Shown one piece after another: positions 31,509-39,590 of a stretch of 64,000 nt of DNA. A program made the translations under genes and the position numbers. The stretch's first letter is position 1, and every line of letters begins with the position of its first letter. The stretch is from a virus, in the IMG/VR virus record IMGVR_UViG_3300037042_006682, positions 32,001-96,000 of that record. One strand, given 5' to 3'. Below the pieces are notes generated by a model. That model ran no database searches, was not told the origin of the DNA, and was given only the letters and a program-made list of their open reading frames with translations.

Positions 31509-32324
31509 CACCCGCACCGCACCGCGTAGCGGCGTCGTGGCCCCGCCCGCCGCCCCTGCGCCGCGCCCCCAGCCGCCAGCTTCGCCCGCGCCCGCACCGC
31601 CGCCCGCCCCGCCTCGCGCGTGGCCTGCCGCGGAACGTCCACCTCCGCGCACGGCGGCGCCAGGTAAGCCACCCCCTTGTGCGGGGTCTCTGCCGCCACG
31701 AGGTAGCGATCCTCCTGCGGGCTCATGGGCGCCCCATGCAGGGCGCTCATGCACGTCCCCACTGGCAAGTAAATGTAAGCAGATCGCCCCGCCGGCACGA
31801 CCGCGACCACCTGCCCCTCGCGCGCCTCGCCACACCCACGTGGCACCCAACGCACCACGTCCCCTACCGCGTGCTTATGCAAATCCATCACAACTTCTCC
31901 TTGTTGGGCGCCTTCCGTGCCCGCTTGGCCGCGATCTTCGCGGCCAACTTAACGGCTGTCTTGACAACCCGCGCCCGCGCCGGCTTAAGAACCGCCACAG
32001 CCTGGGCCCGCGCCTCCGCCTCGATCCCCATGAGCGTCTGGTCCGCCCACGTGTATAGGTGATGCCACCGCCACTCCGGCACCCCCGTCAGGGGGACCAC
32101 CACCGTGGCCCGCGCCTCCCCCCGCACGATCAGCGTGGCCTCCAGCGTGACCTCGGCGTCCGCAGCGAGCCGATTCGCCGTATAGAGGACCGTCAGCATC
32201 ACCCCCTGTTTGGGGTCCCCGTCGATCGCGTAGGTCTCCGTCCACTGCACGGGACGGCGCGCAAACGCCACCCAGTTGCGCTGCGGGACCTCCGCCACCA
32301 GTCCCTCGCTCTGCTCTTCCATCA

Positions 32325-32705
32325 TCACAGTCCCTCCAAGCGCCGCAGGCTGCGTAACATCGCCGCCGTGCTCGCATTATCCGCATGCCAATACGCCAAT
32401 AAAACCTCATGATTTAGACGCACATATGCCTTGAGCTGCTCTAGATGCGCCACCGGCACACGCGGACGCCGCGGCACCTTCAGCACACGCGGATCCTCCT
32501 CAATCGTCACCACGATCTCCGCCGCCAAATTGTTGTATCCTGCCGGATAGGCCTTGATGCTCGCCCCATGGCGGATCCCGCGTTTATTGCGAATATAGAT
32601 GGGATACGGCAACCCCGATTCCGCAGGCAGCACGTTCGCCACCTCAAAGAGATAGTCCCCTGTCACGCGATCAAGCACCTCGCGCATCAACATCCGCATC
32701 CGCAT
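32325..32705 (-). CDS. Hypothetical protein (DUF4160-like)
   Basis: EVANV...SGLPYPIYI...HGASIK...LLAYW. Confidence 0.45.
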   Translation of the reverse strand: MRMRMLMREVLDRVTGDYLFEVANVLPAESGLPYPIYIRNKRGIRHGASIKAYPAGYNNLAAEIVVTIEEDPRVLKVPRRPRVPVAHLEQLKAYVRLNHEVLLAYWHADNASTAAMLRSLRRLEGL

Positions 32706-33397
32706 AGCGCCTCCTACACGAGCGTCGTTACCTGCCCCCCACGGGCAAGCCGCACCTGCTCCTTGATCTGCACCGCGAGCCAATCCTGGATCGCGCTCAT
32801 CGCCGCCGTGGCATCCGCCGCATCGTCCAGGGGCTCCATACACCCCACCTCGGCCCGCACGAACTCAAAGCAATGCTCCATGCGCGGGATCTTCTTGACC
32901 GTGCACCCATAGGTCACGCCAATCACGCGCGCCCAGCACGCCGACGGGAACGTCAAGGTGGGCGTCGGGGGCTTGTGGTCCTTGTCGGCGTGCACCCACG
33001 CGATCTCCGCATCGAGCACACCGCGCGCGGCCCCCGCCAGCGCCTCGAACTGCGCCGTGCGGTTCCCCTCCAGCGCGAACCGCGCCTCCAGGCGCACCTG
33101 CACGCGGATGAACTCCTTGGGCCGGATCTCCGTCGTGGCCTGCGCCTCGACCGTGAGCTGCCGCCCCCCCGTGGCCTGCTCAGCTGCCCGCGCCGGCGCC
33201 GTCATCACGGTCCGCGTGGGGGCACAGCCCGGCTGCGCGTTGGCGTGGACCCCGGCCGTGGCGCGGATCACCGTCGCCTGAACCAGCGCCTTGCGAGTGG
33301 CCTTGCGGTACTTCTTGCTATTTTTCTTGGCTTTTTTGCCGCTCATCGTGTCCTCCAAGAGGTGCCAGCGGCCCCGCACAACACGGGGCCTGCCCAC

Positions 33398-33427
33398 AAC
33401 GTAACCGCTCGAACACAGTTTGTCAAC
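33398..33427 (-). promoter_or_regulatory. sigma70-like promoter (GTTGACAAAC, -10 TACGTT)
   Basis: TTGACA-17 bp-TACGTT. Confidence 0.7.
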
Positions 33428-33441
33428 ACACCGTCCCCCCC

Positions 33442-33993
33442 CTAGGCTTCTTCAACCAAGGCCCCGACGGCCCGCCACCGCCGCTCGATCAGCGCCCGCA
33501 GGCGATCGGGATGCAACACCCTCCGCCGCTGATCGGCGTGGTCAGTAGAGTAACGCTCGTGATAGACCTCCAGCGCCTCCACAACCCCAACGATCTGCGC
33601 CTGGGAGTAGAACGCGCGCCCCCCCCGCGAACGATACGGCGTCGGCGGAAACATGCCACGCCGCGGCCACTCCTTCACGGTGTCCCGCGGGATCCCCAAG
33701 GCCATAGCCATGGTGGTCAACGAGTAGCCACGCACCGGCCCCAAGGGCCCCTCACACACGATCCCCCGCGCGTCCTCGTCCTCCTGCTGCGCCCGCCCCC
33801 AGGCTTCCCGCGCCCGCCGATGGCGCTCCTTCGAGGCCGTCGAGGCCTCGCAAATCGCTTTGTGGTACGCCGCATCTTCCTGGTACCGCCGCCGCTTCGC
33901 CTCAGCCAGCTCCTCGCGGCGCGTCAAATAGTACTGCTGTTGGTACGCCGTCCGGTCCGGCGGCGTCCGCTCCCCTGTCTTTTCCGCTGTCAC
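33442..33993 (-). CDS. MerR/excisionase-like HTH DNA-binding protein
   Basis: YSLTTMAMALGIPRDTVKEWPRRGMFP...GGRAFYS. Confidence 0.65.
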   Translation of the reverse strand: MTAEKTGERTPPDRTAYQQQYYLTRREELAEAKRRRYQEDAAYHKAICEASTASKERHRRAREAWGRAQQEDEDARGIVCEGPLGPVRGYSLTTMAMALGIPRDTVKEWPRRGMFPPTPYRSRGGRAFYSQAQIVGVVEALEVYHERYSTDHADQRRRVLHPDRLRALIERRWRAVGALVEEA

Positions 33994-34032
33994 ACCCCGA
34001 TCCTCTCACAACCACGCACCTGCACCATGACA

Positions 34033-34062
34033 CACTTAACCTACCACTGGAGGTTTGTCAAC
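34033..34062 (-). promoter_or_regulatory. sigma70-like promoter (GTTGACAAAC, -10 TAAGTG)
   Basis: TTGACA-17 bp-TAAGTG, overlapping the helicase 3' end. Confidence 0.55.
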
Positions 34063-37000
34063 GGCCAGGCACCCCTGCGCTTCCTCCCCCGGCAGCGCCA
34101 CCCCCATGCGGCGATAAAATTTGTCGCGCCCCCTTGCCTTGCGCTCGCTCCACGCCACCTTGGGATCCCGCACGTCCACCACCACCGGCGTGGGCTTGCC
34201 CGTGCACTGCCCCGCCCGCCAGGGGCAGTAGTGCGCGCACTTCTCGGGGGCCGGCGTGCACCACCGCCGCACCCGGCCGATCGCCTGCTCCGCATCCCCC
34301 AGGGGGGTCGCCAGCACGATCACGTCCAGGGCGGACACGTCGAGGCCCTCCGCGACGAGCTGGATCGTGCAGAGCAACACGTTCGCGCGCTCCGCCTCCC
34401 GCAGCGCCTCGCGCGTCAGGGTGCGCTTGGCCTCCCCCTCCTCCACGGTGAACCACTGCCCCGTGTAGGGCGCGATGGCCACCGGGAACGGCGGGGGCGC
34501 CACCTCCAGGATCTTGCGCAAGTCCGCCCGGAACGCCCGCAGGTGCTCCAGCCGATGGCTCACAACCATCACCTTGCGCCCCTTGCGCACCGCGATGGCG
34601 ATGTCCTCCGCGATGTGCCGCGTGCGCGCCGCGTCCTCCCCGAGCTGGCTGATCACCTGCGCGCTGTTCATGCGCATCGCGCTCACCCGGTAGTCCCCGC
34701 GCCGGATCCCCGTCAGCTCGCTGTCCGACTGCAGGAGGCGCACCCCGAACGGCATCGACTGGGCCTGCATGGTGTGCAGGATCGGCCCGATGTGGTGGAA
34801 GAACACGGGCTCCGCCCGATCCGCGCGCCGCGGCGTCGCCGAGAGCCCCAGGCGGTACGCCGCCATGAAGCGGTGCGCCACGCTGCTCCACACCTCAGAA
34901 CCAATATGATGACAATTATGAACAACAATACCACCATCAAGAACATAGGATGGATGGCCCGAGACGCTCAAATTGAAGACATCAACGCAATCTCCATCAG
35001 TGCGGAATCCAAGTCGCTCAAAATCCTCTCGTTGCGCAACCGCAACACCAACCACCCTTTCTCCCTCAAAAAACGATCCTTCTTCGCATCGCGGTCCTTC
35101 GTCTTTACTGAGTGAGAATACCCATCCACCTCGATCGCTAGCTTCATCATCGGATGTGCGACGTCTATCTTGTAGCAATTCGGCAACCTGGATGGATTGT
35201 TCTTCGGCCGTGATGTCAGAACAACGAACTCCGCGATCCATCCATCTCCCAGCGCTTCTAGCAACACACGCTGTGGAACAGGCATGTCGCATCCATTCCC
35301 CCCTCGTTTTTTTAACGGCACAAACCCATTCCTCTGTTTGGTCTCCATAACCTTTGCGATCACGCCAAGCATGCGCATAGGGTTCTTGTCGCGCATACGG
35401 AGCGAAGCGCTTTCCCTCAGCGAAGAATCCTTCGCATGTCTTTCTAGCATCATAGAGGAATACACCGTCGAATGATCCAGCATGTAAAGACTGTGTGCTT
35501 TCTGCTGACAAGACACCGAACAAAACCTTCTTTGCCTCCCCATCAGTTTGTTCTCTCCGCAAAAAGCGCAAAAAGGACGACCATTCATAGTCCTCTGTCG
35601 TATCCCCTGTGCCGAACATGTCATCGAGCAGAACTTCCGTCCCTTCCTGACGCTGTTCTCCTTCCCGCAAAACGCACATGTTCCCGGTGTGTTCTTGACT
35701 GCCTTCTCCATGTTCCATCCTCATCCTGGTGCAATCATCAAAACTTACCAGAACGTCTCCACACAACGAACTGGCATGCTTCCATCCATCAACAGTCAAA
35801 AACGGATGGTTCTTGGTACATACAATATCAACACCACACAAAAGGCTAACAACAACACAATCGCTCACACACACGCTCCGCTTAAAAACATGTTCAACAA
35901 CACCTTCCCCAAGAGCATTAAAAACCGTCATCCCAATCACAACATCCCCAATAGCCACCTTGCCATCTGGGGTATCGATCTTCTGCTCAGCGGGAAAGCA
36001 CTCATCTGAAACGAACAGCCCGAACGCCTCGTACAGGGCGCGCGGGTAGCGCTGCGTCTGCACGTCCTTGGCCAGGGACTGGATCATGGCGATCACGAAG
36101 TCCTTGTCACGGTAGTCGCAGGTGTCCTGGCGCACCACGCCGATCCGCGCGGCCGGCAGCACGTCCCGGATGCGGGCCGCCCACTGCTCCAGGAAGAACT
36201 CCTTGTGGACCACCACGAGCGTGGCCCGCCCCAGGCGCCGCGCCAACTCCACGGCCAGGATGGTGTTATGCGTGGGCACGCAATTCCGCGTCAGGTAAAG
36301 GTGGTTCGGCGCATCAACCGCAATGCACGTTGCCAATCCTTTCCCAATGGCCGTCACAGACTCCACCGCACGCCCGACCTTGCGTTGCCAGCCATTGCGA
36401 TAAAACTCCGCCTTCTTGCGTGAAAATCTAAAGGGGCAAATGTCTGCTGGGAGTTTTATGTGTAGTCGAAAGCTATCAAACCATCGCGAGTGCACTCCAT
36501 CCTTTGTGTATCGCGTCTGACGTTTCACCAGTTTGCACGTACCCCCCAGAGAGAAAACAATCCGCTGGACCGCATGGGCGATCTGGTCTGATACCGTAGC
36601 ATACTCAACACTTCCGCCTCCACTTGCATATCCGTCTGTATCAAACAGTCCCTGGAGAAGGGATACCCGTGTTGCGACAGATCCACCTTCGTAAACTGTC
36701 GGAATAAATTTATCGTGTGCGGTCAGCCCGAGCATGCCTAGCTTGCGCATGCGCTTTCTGAACGATCCTTCTTGTTGACCAAATTTGATCGGTGGAGAAA
36801 AGCGATAAACCGCAGTATAGCCAGCACGTTGCTTGAGTGCCATTACACGATTTGGCGGCTCTACTGTCATCATATCTACGATCTCTCTATCGGGTGTGCA
36901 TACAGAGATCCCATTGGTGTTGCAAAAGTGGCCATCCCCAATGAGAACACCGAGCGTGTATGGCTCAAAAATCATTTCGCCATCTACCCCCTCAAGGGGG

Positions 37001-37707
37001 GCCATCGTTGGAAGCCACAGTAAACGCCCAACGCTCGTGCGCAGAGTCTCCCGCGCTAGGTCATGCGTCGAAATCGTAACCGTTGGCGCATCACGCTTAC
37101 GCCGCTTCACCAGCGTCCACAGGTGATCCCCATCACAATCCACGTGCGTTCCATCAGAAAATGCGACGCGGAATAGGTCGCGCTCCCCCTGCGGGAAGAC
37201 ACCCGTCACGCGGTGGAATCCACCATCGGTGCCTGCAGCCTCGTCACCAACACGCACCTCCTCAATGGAAGTCCATCCGCGTCTAAGCAAGACAGGCTCT
37301 CCGTGCGCGAGCGCCTTCCCGCTCCCGCAGCCCGCGCAGAGGATGCCCCCGCCCCAGGGGTGCGCCGTGAGGCGGTGCTCCAGCACGGCCAGGGCCTCCG
37401 CCTGCTGCGCGAAGGGGCCGTCCGCCCGGTAGCGCGAGGCCATGCGCTGCATGGGCTGCCCCATGCTCACCTGGACGATCTCCTCGTTCTGTCCCTTGGC
37501 CGAGGCGCGGTAGAACCCGCGCGGCACCCCGAAGAGCCCCACCTCGGGGCGGTCCCGGTAGAGCATGAGGGGCTTGGGCTGCGCGACCCCCGCCACGTCC
37601 GTGGTCAGGATCGGCTGCACGGTCAGCGCCGTGCGGAGCGCCCGCAGGTTGCCCTCGCTCAGCGCCCCCCGCTCCAGCCACGCCCACCCGTCGATGATCA
37701 CGCGCAT
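34036..37707 (-). CDS. Superfamily 2 DExH helicase (UvsW/XPB-like) with two inteins (about 511 aa after splicing)
   Basis: GCGSGK|T, SDE|CH, GLSATP, EGLDV, QAIGR; SD GGAGG before MRVII. Confidence 0.9.
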   Translation of the reverse strand: MRVIIDGWAWLERGALSEGNLRALRTALTVQPILTTDVAGVAQPKPLMLYRDRPEVGLFGVPRGFYRASAKGQNEEIVQVSMGQPMQRMASRYRADGPFAQQAEALAVLEHRLTAHPWGGGILCAGCGSGKALAHGEPVLLRRGWTSIEEVRVGDEAAGTDGGFHRVTGVFPQGERDLFRVAFSDGTHVDCDGDHLWTLVKRRKRDAPTVTISTHDLARETLRTSVGRLLWLPTMAPLEGVDGEMIFEPYTLGVLIGDGHFCNTNGISVCTPDREIVDMMTVEPPNRVMALKQRAGYTAVYRFSPPIKFGQQEGSFRKRMRKLGMLGLTAHDKFIPTVYEGGSVATRVSLLQGLFDTDGYASGGGSVEYATVSDQIAHAVQRIVFSLGGTCKLVKRQTRYTKDGVHSRWFDSFRLHIKLPADICPFRFSRKKAEFYRNGWQRKVGRAVESVTAIGKGLATCIAVDAPNHLYLTRNCVPTHNTILAVELARRLGRATLVVVHKEFFLEQWAARIRDVLPAARIGVVRQDTCDYRDKDFVIAMIQSLAKDVQTQRYPRALYEAFGLFVSDECFPAEQKIDTPDGKVAIGDVVIGMTVFNALGEGVVEHVFKRSVCVSDCVVVSLLCGVDIVCTKNHPFLTVDGWKHASSLCGDVLVSFDDCTRMRMEHGEGSQEHTGNMCVLREGEQRQEGTEVLLDDMFGTGDTTEDYEWSSFLRFLRREQTDGEAKKVLFGVLSAESTQSLHAGSFDGVFLYDARKTCEGFFAEGKRFAPYARQEPYAHAWRDRKGYGDQTEEWVCAVKKTRGEWMRHACSTACVARSAGRWMDRGVRCSDITAEEQSIQVAELLQDRRRTSDDEASDRGGWVFSLSKDEGPRCEEGSFFEGERVVGVAVAQREDFERLGFRTDGDCVDVFNLSVSGHPSYVLDGGIVVHNCHHIGSEVWSSVAHRFMAAYRLGLSATPRRADRAEPVFFHHIGPILHTMQAQSMPFGVRLLQSDSELTGIRRGDYRVSAMRMNSAQVISQLGEDAARTRHIAEDIAIAVRKGRKVMVVSHRLEHLRAFRADLRKILEVAPPPFPVAIAPYTGQWFTVEEGEAKRTLTREALREAERANVLLCTIQLVAEGLDVSALDVIVLATPLGDAEQAIGRVRRWCTPAPEKCAHYCPWRAGQCTGKPTPVVVDVRDPKVAWSERKARGRDKFYRRMGVALPGEEAQGCLAVDKPPVVG
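34915..36000 (-). mobile_element. Helicase intein 2 (362 aa) hosting an out-of-frame endonuclease gene
   Basis: CFPAEQKIDTPDG...CTKNHPFLT...VFNLSVSGHPSYV...IVVHN|C; splits the DExH box. Confidence 0.9.
34968..35711 (-). CDS. Nested zinc-finger + DUF559/Vsr-like endonuclease, +1 frame inside helicase intein 2 (247 aa)
   Basis: SD GAGG; two CAFCG...FCSxxC fingers; YKIDVA...LAIEVDGYSH...DAKKDRFLREKGWLVLR; own TGA stop. Confidence 0.88.
   Translation of the reverse strand: MEKAVKNTPGTCAFCGKENSVRKGRKFCSMTCSAQGIRQRTMNGRPFCAFCGENKLMGRQRRFCSVSCQQKAHSLYMLDHSTVYSSMMLERHAKDSSLRESASLRMRDKNPMRMLGVIAKVMETKQRNGFVPLKKRGGNGCDMPVPQRVLLEALGDGWIAEFVVLTSRPKNNPSRLPNCYKIDVAHPMMKLAIEVDGYSHSVKTKDRDAKKDRFLREKGWLVLRLRNERILSDLDSALMEIALMSSI
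36265..37314 (-). mobile_element. Helicase intein 1: class 3 (Ala1, WCT) intein with LAGLIDADG endonuclease (350 aa)
   Basis: GK|ALAHGEPV; block B DGDHLW; block F TCIAVD; block G PTHN|T; LGVLIGDG and LQGLFDTDG. Confidence 0.9.
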
Positions 37708-37722
37708 GGGGTCTTCCCTCCG

Positions 37723-37803
37723 TGAGCCAGGCGGGCCTCGAACCCGCAACCTCCCCCTCACTGGTACCGTGGGGGCGCGCTACCTACTTGGCGCCACTGA
37801 CCC
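37723..37803 (-). tRNA. tRNA-like gene with an abnormal anticodon arm (identity unassignable)
   Basis: GGGTCAG/CTGGCTC-A acceptor; GCGC D stem; CCCCC/GGGGG stem enclosing 13 nt; AGGTT variable loop; GCGGG-TTCGAGG-CCCGC T arm; CCA not encoded. Confidence 0.65.
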
Positions 37804-37863
37804 AAACACCCCGTTTTTCCGCACGGGGTCACACGGTCCGTCGCTGCCAACAACGGGTATCGG

Positions 37864-38244
37864 TCATTTTTTCTTGTTCTTTAGCCTGTTGATCTCGTGA
37901 TCAGTGTTCGCTTTTCGACACAAGGCACACCGACATCCGTGTGTTTTGTATCCCGACAATGTTCCATGTGATTCCTCTAAGTCGAATTTAGGCTTATGGT
38001 GCAATCTGTTGTGGCATGTAACGCATATCACAACACACTTGGCTAACTTCTCTTCGCGTCGTTTTTCCGACCAAGACCACACCTTGTGGTCAACCTTATT
38101 TTCTGGGTTTAAGTGGTGTACTAATAAATTCACCGACGACCCACACCACACACAAACGGGATGTTCTTTCATCCATGCGTCGCGTCTCCTCTTAATCCAT
38201 TCACGTTGGTAATCACGTTGCTTTTGGCATACTCCGTATCCCAC
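37864..38244 (-). CDS. Free-standing HNH endonuclease
   Basis: CVWCGS...VHH...CVTCHNRLH, plus a HGT..GY..HGCRC..C finger; AT-rich. Confidence 0.85.
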   Translation of the reverse strand: MGYGVCQKQRDYQREWIKRRRDAWMKEHPVCVWCGSSVNLLVHHLNPENKVDHKVWSWSEKRREEKLAKCVVICVTCHNRLHHKPKFDLEESHGTLSGYKTHGCRCALCRKANTDHEINRLKNKKK

Positions 38245-38271
38245 ACAACACCCAATTATCCACTAATCCAG

Positions 38272-38620
38272 TGGAGGACCTGGCGAGAATCGAACTCGCG
38301 TCCAAGCATACATCCTGCACGTCCTCATCCACAGGCTTGGCGGCGTCGATTGTCCGGGGTGCCGCCGCATCGCCCCTGACCAGGTTTCCCGCCGTATCTT
38401 AGATGGAGCTACTGCGAGTCCTCGCGTCCACCGCACCCTACTTAATGACGTCGGTCCATCGCACTCTAGGGGGAGCACAAAGCCGACGGGCCGAGGCTCA
38501 CGCCGCGGCCTGATACTCCTGCTGTTTGGCATTTGTATGGTGGCGCCTCTATACCCTGTGAGCGCCATCAGGGGCCTGCAAACATGCCATCCATGTGCCT
38601 GTCGAAACCATTTCAGGCCC
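38272..38620 (-). ncRNA. ssrA: tmRNA; tag reading frame AKQQEYQAAA* at 38530-38498
   Basis: 5' GGGCCTGAAATGGTTTCGAC; 3' GGACGCGAGTTCGATTCTCGCCAGGTCC-T-CCA; G3.U70 pair; ACAAAT-GCC resume context; 349 nt. Confidence 0.92.
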
Positions 38621-38650
38621 ACATTCTCCTGCGCACGCGCGTGCGCAGCC

Positions 38651-38722
38651 AAAAAAGCGCGGGGCCCGCGCCATGGAGGCCCAGCGGTGAAGGATCCGCC
38701 GGCCCCCTCGGGCCCCGCACAA
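38651..38722 (-). terminator. Long irregular hairpin plus T6 after the SSB gene
   Basis: GTGCGGGGCCCG...CGGGCCCCGCGC-TTTTTT. Confidence 0.65.
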
Positions 38723-38729
38723 ACACCGC

Positions 38730-39488
38730 CTAGTAGCTCGCGCCCTTGGGCTCATCCCAGGGCTCTTTCCGCTTCGTCGAGGACCGCGCTGCCAGCCGCT
38801 GGAGCTGGTCGAACGTGGGGATCGGGAACTCCTTGTAGTAGTCGTATGGCCCCAGCTCCTTGAGGTGGTCCGGGTTGGCCCCGAGTTCGAGGAGGTAGCG
38901 CTTCACGTCCTGCAGCGCGATGCGCTCCACGAACTGGTGGTCCGAGCCCACGGTCTCGCTCAGCGAGCCCTCGCGGCTCACGTCCCACACGGTCCCCGCG
39001 AGGTCCCCGCCGTTGGCGATGGCCCGCTTGCGGAGGCGCGTCAGCACGCCGGGCTTGTCCTCCGACCCCCGCTTGGCCCCGTAGAGCTTGCGCATGAACT
39101 GGTAGCTCTTGCTGGGGTCCTTGACGCCCTTGTAGGCCGACAAGAGGGCCTTGCCGTTCTCGTACACGACCATGCCCAGGTCGATCACCGTGAACCAGCC
39201 GAAGAAGAGCGGCCAGTTCTTGATCTCGCACAGGGGGCACCCCCGCCCGCCCGCGTTGTTGGGCAGCGCGTTCTTCTCCAGGCAGAGGTAGAGGTCGTGC
39301 TCGTTGTTGATCTTCCAGGTGTCGTGGAAGTACGCGGGGAACGGCATCCCGTCGAGGAAGAGGACCCGCCGCGTCTCCCCGTCCTTCATGTAGAACTTGC
39401 GAAGGCCGAGGTCGCTAGGGTTCTTGTCCTTGCTGTAGTCCTCGGTGCTCTCCCAGCCCGCTTGGGCCCATCCCGTCTGCTGTGTCAT
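38730..39488 (-). CDS. Putative single-stranded DNA-binding protein (gp32-like, Zn)
   Basis: KFYMKDGETRRVLFLD, H..C..CPLC, WDVSREG; next to the primase gene. Confidence 0.65.
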   Translation of the reverse strand: MTQQTGWAQAGWESTEDYSKDKNPSDLGLRKFYMKDGETRRVLFLDGMPFPAYFHDTWKINNEHDLYLCLEKNALPNNAGGRGCPLCEIKNWPLFFGWFTVIDLGMVVYENGKALLSAYKGVKDPSKSYQFMRKLYGAKRGSEDKPGVLTRLRKRAIANGGDLAGTVWDVSREGSLSETVGSDHQFVERIALQDVKRYLLELGANPDHLKELGPYDYYKEFPIPTFDQLQRLAARSSTKRKEPWDEPKGASY

Positions 39489-39560
39489 GGTGTCTCGCCT
39501 TTCCTCGTGTTGCGCTCAGTCAACTGAGTGGGGATCCGATCACAACATGTGATCGCCCCC

Positions 39561-39590
39561 GTCCTACCGCATCCCTTATGGTTTGTCAAC
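39561..39590 (-). promoter_or_regulatory. sigma70-like promoter (GTTGACAAAC, -10 TAGGAC)
   Basis: TTGACA-17 bp-TAGGAC upstream of SSB. Confidence 0.55.

Noticed and set aside
37708-37761. N-terminal extension of the helicase ORF, and ORF 38263-38652
   Set aside because: These overlap the tRNA-like gene and the tmRNA; a better SD/ATG for the helicase lies at 37707
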